From: the human T2T-CHM13v2.0 reference genome, Homo sapiens
Direction: 5' to 3' (one strand)
NCBI RefSeq assembly: GCF_009914755.1
Contig: NC_060925.1
Length of the DNA stretch: 64,000 nt
Within the stretch, counting starts at the first letter, position 1, and every line of letters begins with the position of its first letter. Shown here one piece after another: positions 37,577 to 63,877 of the stretch. The notes beneath the pieces were generated by a model, which was given only the letters and a program-made list of their open reading frames with translations, was not told the origin of the DNA and did no database searches. The position numbers and the translations under genes are program-made.

Positions 37577-40008
37577 TCAAAAAGTACCTGTAGTTTCAGC
37601 TACTTGGGAGGCTGAGGCAGGAGGATCATGTGGGCCCAGGAATTTGAGACTGTCCGGGGCAATATAGCAAGACCCTACCCTATGTCAAAAAAAAAAGTGT
37701 AACAAAAATGTCATCACATTACTGTAGAAATAGCACCACCTTGTGACCCTTGAATAGTTTGTTTTCCACTCTGCTTTCTCTCCAGCTAAAGAGGCATGGT
37801 GCTTTCTCTCCGGTAGATAAAATTGAGTAGCGTTTAAGTAGTACTAGGGTGTGTTATTCAGATTGCTACCCTGAAGTAACAAGCCTTGTATTCTCAGTGG
37901 CCTAACACAAAGGATATTGTTTGTGTTGTGTGTATGTGTTTTGCTTTGTTTTTGCTGTTCCTGTCTTTCAAAAAGGCTTTGCAAGCAAGATTGAAGTCTG
38001 GATGGAGGGACAAAAGTTTACCTTCTTGGGATACATCGCAACATATAGCTTTTAAGGTGGGGAGGGAGAGATAATTTATACCTCACACTTAATTGGCTCT
38101 GATTAGAAAGGACACAATGACACAAGTTATTTTCATTCATAGGTCTTTAGCCAAAGGAATCACATGACCCCTCCTGTTTCTGCAAGGGAGGCTGAGAAGT
38201 GTAGAGAACGATTTGGATATTTGGATATTTCCCAAGCATTGCTGCTTCAGCTGTAATTTACAGTCATACATTCTCAGACAAAGCTGGAGCAACTCTAGTA
38301 CTTGACAGTTACTTTATATTAAAATCTACAAGTAATGGTTCAGAAGTTTCTGTGTATACTTCACTAAGTTTCCTATAGAGCATTTACTTTCCTTCGTGGA
38401 TGCTTTACGTACTCTCTCATTGCATGTTTTCAGTTTCAGATTCTTTATTCCAGGGCAAACTAAATACCTGTAGTGTGTTAAGTACTCAGAGAGGGAGATA
38501 TGAAAATGAATAAAATCTGACCCCTTTTCTTCCGAGCGTGTAGCCTAGGAGACAAGCATGTGTAAGATAACATGATACAGTTTTTTTAAAATAGAGACAA
38601 ACTTGGATGTCAATTCTAGTTCACCACCTAAAACTCTGTGACCTTAATCAAAATTACTCAGCTTCCCTGAACCTTATCTTCCCCATCATAACACAGGGTT
38701 GATAATATTCTGCCTATCTTCTAGGATTTCTAGGTTTAAAACTAGTACATGTACAATACTGTATTGCCTAACATCTAATAGATACTCAGTTAACAGTAGG
38801 CATGAGTACAACTCAAGGCAGTGTAATAAAATTGCTGTGCAATACAAAGAGTGCTATTAGCAGAAAGGAAAGAGAATTACTTTTGACTGGAGGTGTCTGG
38901 CAAATTTTCACTGAGGATGTGACATTCGAGTTGAGGCTTGATGAATGGGAAAGATTTAAATGGGGAGAGAGGGAAGTTGAAGTAGAATGAGCAGAAGTAT
39001 AGAGGCATAAAAGTGACATGTTTCAGCATGGTCATATGGTTATAAATGAAATTACAAAGGTAGGCTGAAGTCATCACAGTGGTCTAGATTGTTATGCTAA
39101 GGAATTTGAGACTTATTTTGACATCGTTCTGGAACCTTCTAAGCTTTTTAAAATTTTTTTATTGTCGGGGTCTCACTGTGCTTCCCTGGCTGATGTGGAA
39201 CTCCTGCCCTCAAGCAGTCCTTCCACTTTAGTTCCCAACTAGCTGGGACTACAGGAGTGGACCACCACACCTGGCTCCATCCAAGCTTTTAGATTAGTCG
39301 AAGGTTAAACCTATTTTCGGGAAGGTTAAGGACTATGAACGATGAAAAAATCAAAGATTTAGAGATAAAGATACAAGTTAAAATGTTATGTGTTGGCTGG
39401 GCATAGTGGCTCACACCCATAATCCCAGCACTTTGGGAGGCTAAGGCGGGCAGATCACCTGAGGTCAGGAGTTCCAGACCAGCATGACCAACATGGTGAA
39501 ACCCAGTCTCCACTAAAAATACAAAAATTAGTCAGGCGTGATGGCGGGCGCCTGTAATCCCAGCTACTGAGGCAGGAGAACCACTTGAACCTGGGGGCAG
39601 AGGTTGTAGTGAGCTGAGATCATGCCATTGCATCCCAGCCTGGGCGACAAGAGTGAGACTCCGTCTCAAAAAAAAAGAAAAACAAAAGTGATGGGTACAA
39701 TACTGTCTCTCAACCTGTGTAGTGGGAATGTTAGACACATAATTTAGGATCATGTCATAAAATGGGTGTAAGTGTGAGGAGGGATGGTACAGAGATAACA
39801 TATATTTTCTGCACTCAAAAAGCTGCTTGGTAGGCTGGGCACGGTGGCTCACGCCTGTAATCCCAGCACTTTGGGAGCCTGGGGTGGGAGGACCACCTGA
39901 GGTCAGGAGTTTGAGACCAGCCTGGCCAACATGGCAAAATCCTGTCTCTACTAAAAATAGAAAAATTAGCTGGGCATGGTGGCACACTCCTATAATCCCA
40001 GCTGCTCA

Positions 40009-40491
<483 letters not shown>

Positions 40492-41280
40492 TCATATGAT
40501 AACCTATTTATTAAGCAACTCCCTTATTACACTATCCATTATATTTCTGTTCTCTTGCTTCTCCTGGCTGCATTCCCTAATCTTTTCCTCATAACACATC
40601 TTTTCACTTTCTACATAAGGTTTGTTATCCTTAAGCTCAGTTTTGGGGTTTTTCACTTACCATTTTGTTAGATTTGTCTACCGAAATCCGCCCCCTTCCC
40701 CTCCCTGTTGGTTCAGAGGTTTCGGTGTACAGTTCACTGAGTTACCTATAGAGCAGTTTGCTTTCACTTAGCTGTGTATTTGACATACTCCCTTATTACA
40801 TGTCTCTAATGAAAGATCCTTTATTCCAGGGCACAATTAGCAGGAAAATTGTTACAGGGCATGTAATTATAGCTGTCACATAGTGAGGAGCATTGCACTG
40901 ATCCCCTGATAACTGAGGTGACTGACAGAGAATGAGAATTACACAGTTTTGACAACCATTCATCGCTGTGCAAGCGCATTAAAAGAGCTTTCCTGCTTCA
41001 AGTTTGCTAATGGCTATGCTATGTATGCTCCTGAATAATCTCTGACAGAATTGTTTGTTTCCGTATAGGACAGACCCCTGATAAGGCAATACACAGACTG
41101 GAACAGATACAGAATATGAATAATGTCATTGGACTTAGTGAATTTTAAATAATAACAGGGATCCTTTTTACATAGAAGAAAAATGTTGCCGGGCGCGGTG
41201 GCTCACGCCTGTAATCCCAGCACTTTGGGAGGCAGAGGCGGGCGGATCATGAGGTCATGAGATCGAGACCATCCTGGCTA

Positions 41281-41530
<250 letters not shown>

Positions 41531-41912
41531 TCACCTTCTCAGTGTTTTGGCAAGCATAAAAAGTTTGATTAGCCAGGTGTGGTGGCTCAAGCCTGTAATC
41601 CCAGCATTTTGGGAGGCAGAGGCGGGCAGATCACCTGAGTTCAGGAGTTCAAGACCAGCCTGGCCCATATGGTGAAATCTTGTTTCTACTAAAAATATAA
41701 AAAATCAGCCGGGTGTGGTGGCGCACGCTTGTAATCCCAGTTACTCAGGAAGCTGAGGCAGGAGAATCACTTGAACCTGGAAGGCGGAGGTTGTAGTGAG
41801 CCTGAGATCACGCCATTGCACTCCAGCTTGGGCAACAAGAGAGAAACTCCATCTCAAAAAAAAAAAAAAAAAGTTTGATAACCCCGTAACACTGAAATGG
41901 TTTCTCTTATAG

Positions 41913-42044
<132 letters not shown>

Positions 42045-43010
42045 TAATATGTATATGGGGTTTCTCAGGGCTTATGATTTGTGTTCCTGTCCTCATTTTG
42101 CATAGGAAAACTGAAACTGAAAGAAGCTTAGTAGATTTGCATTTACTCAGATAGTGCACCTGAGATAGCACTCTGGAACCCAGATTCTCCCTGTCCCTGT
42201 CTGATACTGTGGTAACATACACTGGCCAGCTCGGTCTGTATCAGTTCCCATGTAATCTCTACTAGTGAATTCACCTAGTTCCACGGATTTTGCTGAGCAT
42301 AGAGTTGTCGAATACTCAATACTTACTAAGTTTAATTTCTTACTGGGTAAGTTTACCAATTATTATTGCTTATATTATGTGTTGGGTGACAGACTTTTTC
42401 TTAAAGGACCATGTAGTGAATATTTCAGGCCGATGGACTGAGATGATCTGTCACAAGTACTCAACTCTGCCATAAACAAATGGGTGTGAACATGTTCCAG
42501 TAAAACTCTATTTACAAAACAGGTGCCCAGCCATAACTTAACAAACTCTGGTATGGAGAGTACTAAAGAAATTAAACTACTTGCCCACAATTTTCTACCA
42601 GGGCAGGTTCAGAACCCAATTTTTCTAATAACCAATCTGGTGCTATTTTGCAGTTTTGTAAGTGGATTTCCTAGGGTCTGGAGAGGGAACTAACTTGGTT
42701 TGTTGTGAGAAGAGCAGCATTTAAAGTGAATTTTGTCTGCAGAAGCCAGGATTCCAGCAGTATCTAGTGTTGCATTTTCTAGTCCAGTTCCCCATTAGAC
42801 TGGATATTGATTTCTTTTTGTTGCTGCCTCTCATAAATGAAATTAATTTGTGGTGTGTGCTGTAATGTTAGGAACCAATAGCTTTCTTTCCCTGCCCCTA
42901 CCCTCTGAGTCTTCCCATCTTAATATAGTCTGTGTGGAAAGAAAAAGTAAACACCCATTACCCAAAACATGATCTCAGCAGGGTGTGTTTTAAATATATC
43001 TCTAGGCTTC

Positions 43011-46220
<3,210 letters not shown>

Positions 46221-46227
46221 AAAATAA

Positions 46228-46330
46228 TATATATATATGTATGTGTATATATATATGTATGTATGTGTATATATATATGTATGTATGTATATATATATAT
46301 ACACATAGACATACATATATACACACACAT
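46228..46330. repeat. (TA/TG)n-(CA)n compound microsatellite at an Alu tail
   Basis: tatatatatgtatgtgtatat...acacacacat just upstream of DAP3 exon 4. Confidence 0.9.
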
Positions 46331-46399
46331 AGATAAGACAAAAAAGAAAGTCTTGGTCACTTTGTCACCATTATACCTGTTTGCACTCTTATTTCCTAG

Positions 46400-46570
<171 letters not shown>

Positions 46571-47451
46571 TAAATGAGAAGAAAATTTAAAAAGATGAAA
46601 TTTAATCTGAAAAACAGAAATTCATGTGTTGATTACCTTTTGTGACTAGTACAATTACTTTAAGCTCATGTTTAAACAATATTGATGTTTTCCTCCTTGT
46701 ATAGCCCAAGAAGATTCCAGTAATTTCAGCATCAAATAACTGTTTTAAATGAACTTAAAATTTGCCTTGGCAAAATATCATGAAAATAGTTAATATGCTG
46801 CACAAAAGCAAAATCATAGTACACTCCTGAGCTAAATAGAAGCAATATTTTGATTAGATGCATTGGTTTTTATTCTCTTGTGGATTTTGTGAAAATGTTA
46901 TCAAACTTGCCTGTGCAGGTGAGTTTTAGCATGCGAGCCAGAGGATCTCATTTCTTTAGTGTGGTTTATTTCGGGAAATTAGATGAATAATAAGGGCATA
47001 ACAGGCCGGGCGCTATGGCTCACGCCTGTAATCCCAGCTGCACTTTGGGAGGCCAAGGTGGAAGGATCACTTGGGCCCAGGAGTTCGAGACCAGTCTAGG
47101 CAACATAGGGAGACCTGTCTCTACAAAAATTAAAAATTAAAAATTAGCTGGGCATGATGCACACCTGTAGTCACAGCTACTCAGGTGGCTGAGGTTGGAG
47201 GATCGCTTGAGCTCAGGAGGTGAGGGCTTCAGTGAGCCATGATTGCACCACTGTACCCCAGCCTGGGCAACAGAGCAAGACCTTATCTCAAGCATAAAAT
47301 AAAATAAGGTATAACAGGCCAGGCAAGGTAGTTTATGCCTGTAGTCTCAGCACTTTGGGAGGTGAAGGTGGGAGGATTGTTTGAGCGCAGGAGTTCAAGA
47401 CCAGCTGGGCAATATAATGAGACTGTATCTTTATTTAGAAAAGAAAAACAT

Positions 47452-47538
47452 GGGCAACCCTCTCGGGTCCCCTTCCACACTGTGGAAGCTTTGTTCTTTT
47501 GCTCTTCTCAATAAATCTTGCTGCTGCTCACTCAAAAA
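47452..47538 (+). mobile_element. Polyadenylated ERV1 LTR (LTR12/HERV9-like) R-region fragment inserted into an Alu linker
   Basis: GGCAACCC..GGGTCCCCTTCCACACTGTGGAAGCTTTGTTC..AATAAATCTTGCTGCTGCTCACTC plus A-tail; TSD AAAAGAAAAACAT at 47439-47451 and 47539-47551. Confidence 0.75.
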
Positions 47539-48230
47539 AAAAGAAAAACATTTAGTCATGTGTGGTAGCTGCTTCGGAGGCTGAGGCAGGAGGATGGCTT
47601 GAGCCCAGGAGTTCAGGCTGCAGTGAGCTACGATAGTGCCACGGCACTCCAACTCAGACAACAGAGTGAGACCCTGTCTCCAAAAAACAATTTTAATTAA
47701 AAAAAATTTTGTTGAAGAAATCATCTGCAGTGGCACTTTAAACTGTTCCAAGACATACACAGTACAATGTTTATTCAGCTTCAGAGCTGTGAGGTTCTAT
47801 CTTTAATTAACTATTTGAAGTTGTTTTCAGACTGGCTTAACCAACAATGCTCTGTAAGAACTTACAGGTTCTTTTCATAATTTTCATTTACATGAAGGCC
47901 TACTTCCTCACCATTGTTTGTGGATATTAGCATTGTCATACTGCCTAATATGACTTTTTTTTTTTTAAATACTGCTCCTTTTGGAGCAGACCTAACTCAC
48001 GGACAGTGTGCCCAGGGTAGCTGACTTTATTTTATTACTATTATTTTAATTATAGAGACAGGGTCTCACTCTGACAACCAGGCTGGAGTACAGTGGCGTG
48101 ACCACAGCCCACAGCACACTCTACATCTCTGACCTCCTGGGCTCAAGCGATCCTCCTGTATTGGCATCTCAAAGTGCTGGGATTACAGGTGTGAGCCACA
48201 GCTCCCAGCCCTGATGTGACTTTTTTTTGA

Positions 48231-48551
<321 letters not shown>

Positions 48552-48584
48552 TGAGCCTTCCATTAAGTTTGGAATTGCCTGTCA

Positions 48585-48938
<354 letters not shown>

Positions 48939-49298
48939 TTAACACTATTTTAGTTATACTTACAAACAGTATTTGTTAGATATTCTTATTAGTAGACATA
49001 TTTTAATATTTTCTTTGCAAATCAGTTTCACACACATTAGTACTTCCCAAATTTCCCACCAAAGTATTCTGGTAGCAAAAGGGGAATTAAACTCTGAAAG
49101 GTTAGTATGCTGGAGGTATGAGGTATGGATGGCCTTAGAGTTGTGAGGCAGCTGGTCACACCTGCTCCTGAGCCGCCATGTATTTAGTTCTAGAGAAAAA
49201 AGTCTAAATGGTTAAAGTAATAAAAATAAATTTTAGGCCAGGTGCGGTGGCTCACGCCTATAATCCCAGCACCTTGGGAGGCTGAGACGGGTGGATCA

Positions 49299-49544
<246 letters not shown>

Positions 49545-49717
49545 TTAGGCCAGGTGCAGTGGCTCACGCCTGTAATCCCTGCACTTTGGGAGGCCAAGAC
49601 GGGGGTGTCACCTGAGGTCGGGAGTTTGAGACCAGCCTGACCAACATGGAGAAACTCCTTCTGTACTAAAAATACAAAATAGCCGGGCATGGTGGTGGGT
49701 GCCTGTAATCCCAGCTA

Positions 49718-49825
<108 letters not shown>

Positions 49826-50254
49826 TCAAAAAAAAAAAAAGAAAAAAAATTTAAAGAGTTAATGTTTATTGAATTATTAACTTGTGTCAGAAATTTTAAG
49901 CATTTTTCTATATGCTTTCCATATTTACAGTGGCCCTAAGTGGTATACATAATTTTGTTATGAGATATATCAATTATTTATAGATTTCAGCTGAGATAGA
50001 ATATATGCTTCAGTAATAGGAATAATCAAAAGCTGACTATCATGTTACTTAGTGCGGAATAATGTATTTCAGTTTTTAGCTAAGTTATATGGATAGATTT
50101 TCAAACTCAGTACCAACCCAGCTTCTCCTAACTGAGTAAATTAGAGGCATGCAATCTGATGGTCTTGGTTGCCACTTTAGGCAGAGTATATATACCACCC
50201 CCCACCCACTCCTTCCACACCCACCCACTCTTTCCTTCTTTCCTACTTTATCAG

Positions 50255-50363
50255 GTGAAGACATTCAGTGAAGCTTGCCTGATGGTAAGGAAACCAGCCC
50301 TAGAACTTCTGCATTACCTGAAAAACACCAGTTTTGCTTATCCAGCTATACGATATCTTCTGT
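50255..50363 (+). CDS. DAP3: DAP3 exon 5 ([14 protein letters not shown]...AIRYLL)
   Basis: TCAG acceptor; ends at the U12-type donor GTATCCTTT; 109 nt. Confidence 0.93.
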
Positions 50364-51536
<1,173 letters not shown>

Positions 51537-52405
51537 TAATCCCAGCACTTTGGGAGGCTGAGGCTGGAATATTGCTTAGAGCCCAGGAGGAGGCTGCAGT
51601 GAGCTGTGATCGCACCACTACACTCTAGCGTGGGCAACAAAGCAAGACCCTGTCTCAAAAAAAAAAAAAAAAAGAAGAAGAAGAAAAGCCTTTACTCCAG
51701 ATGTAGAGCAGACTGAGCTCATCCATCATGATTTCTTCGTGATATTACTGCCAAGCAGATTATAAGGTGAAGTCAATGTGACAAAAGGAAATTCGGCTAA
51801 AAGCTTCCTGAAGCCTTTTGATGCTAAGCAGTCCTTCTTTTGATATTTAATACCCATGGACATAAACTTCTGCCTTAGAGGTCGCCATGGAGTTTTGTTT
51901 TGTTTTGTTTTGTTTTGTTTTTGCCATCTGTTAACAGTCCTGAGTACCCATAGAGCCTTTTACTATTTATCAGCATTCTAGAGTCGTCAGTATGGATTGT
52001 CAAAACTTGCATTTGTCTCTTTTTTGTTCAGTGTTGTGTGCATCCACATTTTCTTTCTTTTTTAAACAACCCTGCTTATGTAACATCCACATTTTCTGAC
52101 TTACCTTTCAAACCTGCCAGAAAGCAGAAGTGATATTTAATACACTTGGTATGTTTTATATATTGATTCTAATGATAATGTTTAGTCTAAGATGGACCTG
52201 ACAAGGCCAGGCATAGTGGTTCAACAGCACTTTGAGAGGCTGAGGCAGGATGATTGCCTGAGCCTAGGAGTTCAAGGTTACAGTGAACTGTGATCACATC
52301 CTGCCTTCTAGCCTGGGTGACAGAGCAAGACCCTGTCTCAAAAAAAAAAAAAAAAAAGAAAAGAAATATATATATGAGAAACTAAAGTCATTTCCCATAA
52401 CTTAA

Positions 52406-52636
<231 letters not shown>

Positions 52637-53231
52637 TAGGTAGTCCTTACATGGATTCTTTGTGCCCTGAGTACCAATAGACTATGGAGAACTGATACTG
52701 GAGTTGGAATAACTGTATCATTTTTAATTTCTTTCATACGTTTTGCTCACAGTGGACTCATAACTTGAAACTCATTTATCCATGTGAAATAAATAGGCAA
52801 CAGTAAGTTGTTCCCATTTTGTGGGTAGCAAAGTGAAATCCAGTTGATTCATTGACTTTTCAAGGTACAGCCTCCAATCCCTCGCAAGCACATTTCCAAC
52901 TACATGATTTTCTCCAGACAATATCTTTTTAGGGAACCAGAAATGTATTGGAAAAATTCTTCTTTACCCTGGTGATTCTTAGATACCCTGTCTAGACCAG
53001 GGGCCTTCAACTCTGGATATAAAGCAGAGTCACCTAAGAGCTTGTTAAAAATGCAGATGCCAGAGTCTCATTCTGGACATTTTCATCAGAATCCCTTATG
53101 TATGTTTATTCAAGGCTCCAAGCAGAAATGGATTAGAAAGCATTCACTTTGGTCAGGCACAGGGGCTCACACCTGTAATGTCAGCACTTTGGGAGGCCAA
53201 GGCAGGCAGATCACCTGAGGTCAGGAGTTCA

Positions 53232-53841
<610 letters not shown>

Positions 53842-53911
53842 TCAAGGGATGGTTTCACCCTTAGGCCAAGTAGCCTTTTTTTTGGTTTTTATTTTCTTTG
53901 CTTGCTTTTAG

Positions 53912-53992
53912 ATAAAAGTTCAAGAGAAGTATGTCTGGAATAAGAGAGAAAGCACTGAGAAAGGGAGTCCTCTGGGAGAAGTGGTTGAACAG
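53912..53992 (+). CDS. DAP3: DAP3 exon 8 (IKVQEKYVWN...EVVEQ)
   Basis: TTAG acceptor, CAG|GTATAA donor; 81 nt. Confidence 0.93.
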
Positions 53993-54077
53993 GTATAAGA
54001 AAAAACACTGAATGTGTAACATGCGATAACAAGAGAAGGCCTCTGGTAGCACTACAATCCACTGTCTCTCCCAATAG

Positions 54078-54269
<192 letters not shown>

Positions 54270-54907
54270 TGATTTCTGATTCCATCAGTATGGAGGCTGG
54301 GTCTTAGCCTTGTAGACCATGCAATATGTTTTCTTGCCCTAGGAATATTTGAAGATAAACAGTAAAGAGCTGGGTGCAGTGGCTCACGCCTGTAATCCCA
54401 TTGGCTCACGAGGCTGAGGTGGGAGGATCGCTTGAGGCCAGGAGTTCAAGACTAGGATGGGCACTATAGCAAGGCCCCTGCCTCTAAAAAAATAAGAAAT
54501 TAGCCGGTAGCTGGCATGGTGGCACACACCTGTAGTCACTGCTACTGGAAGGCTGAGGCCAGAGGATCACTTGAGCCCTGGAGTTCAAGGTTGTAGTGTG
54601 GCATGATTGCAACACTGCACACCAACCTGGGTGACAGAGTGAAATCCTGTCTCTTAAAAAATATATATATGGCTGGGCACAGTGGCTCATGCCTGTAATC
54701 CCAGCACTTGGGGAGGCTGAGGCGGGCGGATCACCTGAGCTTGGAGTTCGAGACCAGCCTGACCAACATGGAGAAACCCATCTCTACTAAAAATACAAAA
54801 TTAGCCGGGCATGGTGGTGCATGACTGTAATCCCAGTTACTCGGGAGGCTGAGGCAGGAGAATCGCTTGAACCCAGGAGGCGGAGGTTGCAGTGAGCCGA
54901 GATCGCC

Positions 54908-55181
54908 ATATATATATATTCATATATATGTATATATACACACATATATATTCATATATGTATATATACACACATATATTCATATATATTTATATATACA
55001 TATATTCATATGTTTTCATAATATACGAATATACCTATATGTTCATATATGTATATATAATATTCATATATGTATATATGTATATATAATATTCATATAT
55101 GTATATATGTATATATACGTATATATGCACACATACATATTCGTATATGCATATGCACACATACATATTCGTATATATATG
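54908..55181. repeat. ~270-bp interrupted (TA)n / TATATTCATA AT-rich repeat
   Basis: Directly visible; it replaces the 3' end of the preceding Alu. Confidence 0.9.
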
Positions 55182-55335
55182 TGAAGATAAACAGCAAGGC
55201 CTGGTGTGATGGCTGATAAATCCCAGCACTTTTAGGAGGCCAAGAGGTGATTTGCTTGAGTCCAGGAGTTTGGAGTTTGAGGTCAGCCTGGGCAGCACAG
55301 TGAAACCCTGTCCCTACAAAAAATATAAAAAACTA

Positions 55336-55560
<225 letters not shown>

Positions 55561-55920
55561 TCATTGAAAACTAAGGGAGTATGTTGTGGAAAGAGAATGA
55601 CAGCAGAAGCTATGTTTTCTTTCTTAATTTTTATCTGTCTTTTGATTCTTTTTTCAAAATGAGTCTAGATGGTCTAAGCAGAGGAGATCAGAAGCATCAA
55701 AATGGGGCTGGTTTGGGGCAGTGGGTGTTTTTCTCAGTGACTGTTAATCTCCAGAAGCATGGCAGTTCTAGGGCCAGAGGCTACGTGGCTTATCCTAGAG
55801 GGAGTACCTTCAGGTATACAATTATGTCTTAGTTGAGGGTTTTAAAAAAATTGTTGTCACCAGGTGCAGTGGCTCATGCTTGTAATCCCAGCACTTTGGT
55901 AGGCCGAGGTGGGTGGATCA

Positions 55921-56286
<366 letters not shown>

Positions 56287-56757
56287 GTAAGTGCATATGA
56301 TACCTCACACATTTCAGAAAGAAATGTATTATCATTTTAAACATGTTCTACTATTTCATTGCTAATACTTTACAGTCTCTAATTTTATGGACAGTAAGTT
56401 ATTATGTCTTATTTAATTCCTGTATCTGTACCAAGTTAGAAATAAAGTCTGAATTAAAATCTATATATATGTGGTTTATAATCTTTCCAAAGTAAGTTTA
56501 TTCAAAACCATTTTATTTAAATATTGGCCTAATTTTATTTTGCTTGCAGACATTTAAAGTGTTTTTGTATCTCCTTACCGTCTTTGGAAAAGAGTTTGAG
56601 ACCCACAAATATGTCATGGTAAATTTAAAATCAGGTAGCAGTTTATTGTCAGAGCCAAATCTGGAATAACCAATTTAGTTGCCATTTAACTGTGCTAGAC
56701 CACACTTTTGTAACACTGTATGCCCAAGAAAGAAAAAAAAAATCTACAGATGATTAA

Positions 56758-56988
<231 letters not shown>

Positions 56989-57045
56989 TAATTTCAGACT
57001 TAGAGAAAAATCATATTCCTGTATGCCCTTCCCCTGGATTCCTAA

Positions 57046-61590
<4,545 letters not shown>

Positions 61591-61782
61591 CTTTTTAATA
61601 TATAGCATTTGTGGCCACGTAGAGCACGAGTAGCCAGCCACCATATGTGGAGTCCATATGTGGAGTCCTGTATCAGGCAATGTTGCCAGAGAATGAGAAG
61701 TAGAGTTACATAGAAGAAAAACAAATACCTTACCTTCAAAGTGCTTAAGTAGAGTCTGTCTGTCTGGTGCTTTGTTCCTTAA

Positions 61783-62016
<234 letters not shown>

Positions 62017-62947
62017 TAACAACAGCCTCTAATTTGTACTTCATCCTTTATCTTGACTTCTTTCTGGCTGATAAATGGTACAGAAAAGCGGGTGGGAGGC
62101 AGTTAAGGTTTAATTTACAAAAGAGATTTTATCCCTAAATTTTCCATGATAAAGAAGGGAACAAAGGCAACTCCATCCACTGGGCAGAATTTCCAGGTAA
62201 TTGGGTTCCTGCCACATTCTCCTTATTGAATTTATTTATTCAATAGACTTCACTGGAGAGACTCATGCTGGGACACCCACAGAAAAATTCATACTGTGCA
62301 AGGGCTACTCCAGCACCTAAGTAAATCTTTGCCACACCTGTCCTAGTATATGTACAGAAATTAACTTTCAGCACTATATTTCATCTACTCTGACTGAAAG
62401 CATTCCAACTGTTCATTTACTTGCCCTTGACCTCACATTTGAGTATGAAGAGGGGATATAGAAGAAAAGCTAAGGCTGCTCTATCACTAGATAATAGAGT
62501 TAATAGTAATCGGAGGCCTGGTGCAGTGGCTCACACCTGTAATCTACACTTTGGGAGGGCAAGGTGGGAAGACCACTTGATGTCGGGAGTTTGAGACCAG
62601 GCTAGGCAATATAGTGAGACCCCATCTCTATCGAAAAAAGCAAAAAAAAAAAAATACTATTTAGAATAGCTTATTAAAGGAGTACAGTGAAGAGTGTAAG
62701 ACTAACTGTAGCATGTTAAGTTGGGATGCACAATAGACAGATTTCTAAGAGTTGGGAGATGTCACAAAATCCTGAAGTCCAGAAGACACTCTTGGAGTGG
62801 AGAGAGAGCTCCATGCTGGTTTGGAGGAGTAGACACAGAAAAGGAAGTAATGCATACAAAAGAAGAGTAGCTTGTTGGGGTGAGGGTCTAGAAGTACGAT
62901 CTCTTGGGAGATGATAATTACCTCAGAACGTAATTTGGATATGGTAG

Positions 62948-63112
<165 letters not shown>

Positions 63113-63259
63113 GCCAAGATCACAGCATGTGAGGAAGACAGTGGACATCTGCTTTATGCTGGACCCAGTAAGATGAGGAAGTCGGGCAGTACACAGGAAG
63201 AGGAGCCAGGCCCTTGTACCTATGGGATTGGACAGGACTGCAGTTGGCTCTGGACCTGC

Positions 63260-63386
63260 ATTAAAATGGGTTTCACTGTGAATGCGTGACAATAAGATAT
63301 TCCCTTGTTCCTAAAACTTTATATCAGTTTATTGGATGTGGTTTTTCACATTTAAGATAATTATGGCTCTTTTCCTAAAAAATAAA
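63260..63386 (+). terminator. DAP3: DAP3 tandem polyadenylation signals ATTAAA (63260-63265) and AATAAA (63381-63386)
   Basis: Hexamers in the 3'UTR, followed by GT/T-rich downstream sequence. Confidence 0.75.
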
Positions 63387-63845
63387 ATATCTTTCTAAAG
63401 TGTTGTGTTAGATTAATAATATGGAAGGAGTCTTTAGATTGGCCAAATTGCATTTCTCTGATATTCCTCTTGTTGCAGGTCAGAAGAGATCAATTCTACA
63501 GAAATTTCCAGTGGTTCTGTTGAGGCTTTATGGAATTCAGCATGTCAAAATTCACAGCTGGCTGGGCACAGTGGCTCATGCCTGTAATCCCAGCACTTTG
63601 GAAGCCCAAGGCGGGCAGACTGCTTGAGTTCAGGAGTTTGCAACCAGCCTGGGCAACATGGTGAAAACCTGTCTCTACTAAAAATACAAAAATTAGCCGG
63701 GCACGGTGGCATGCGCCTGTAATCCAAGCTACTTGGGAGGCTGAGGCAGGAGAATTGCTTCAACTTGGGAGGCGGATGTTGCAGTGAGCCAAAATTGCAG
63801 CACTGCACTCCAGCCTGGGCAGCAGAGCAAGACTCCGTCTCAAAA

Positions 63846-63877
<32 letters not shown>

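Noticed and set aside
54867-55184. Tyr/Ile/His-rich ORFs (also 45958-46496)
   Set aside because: They are translations of (TA)n-type microsatellites.
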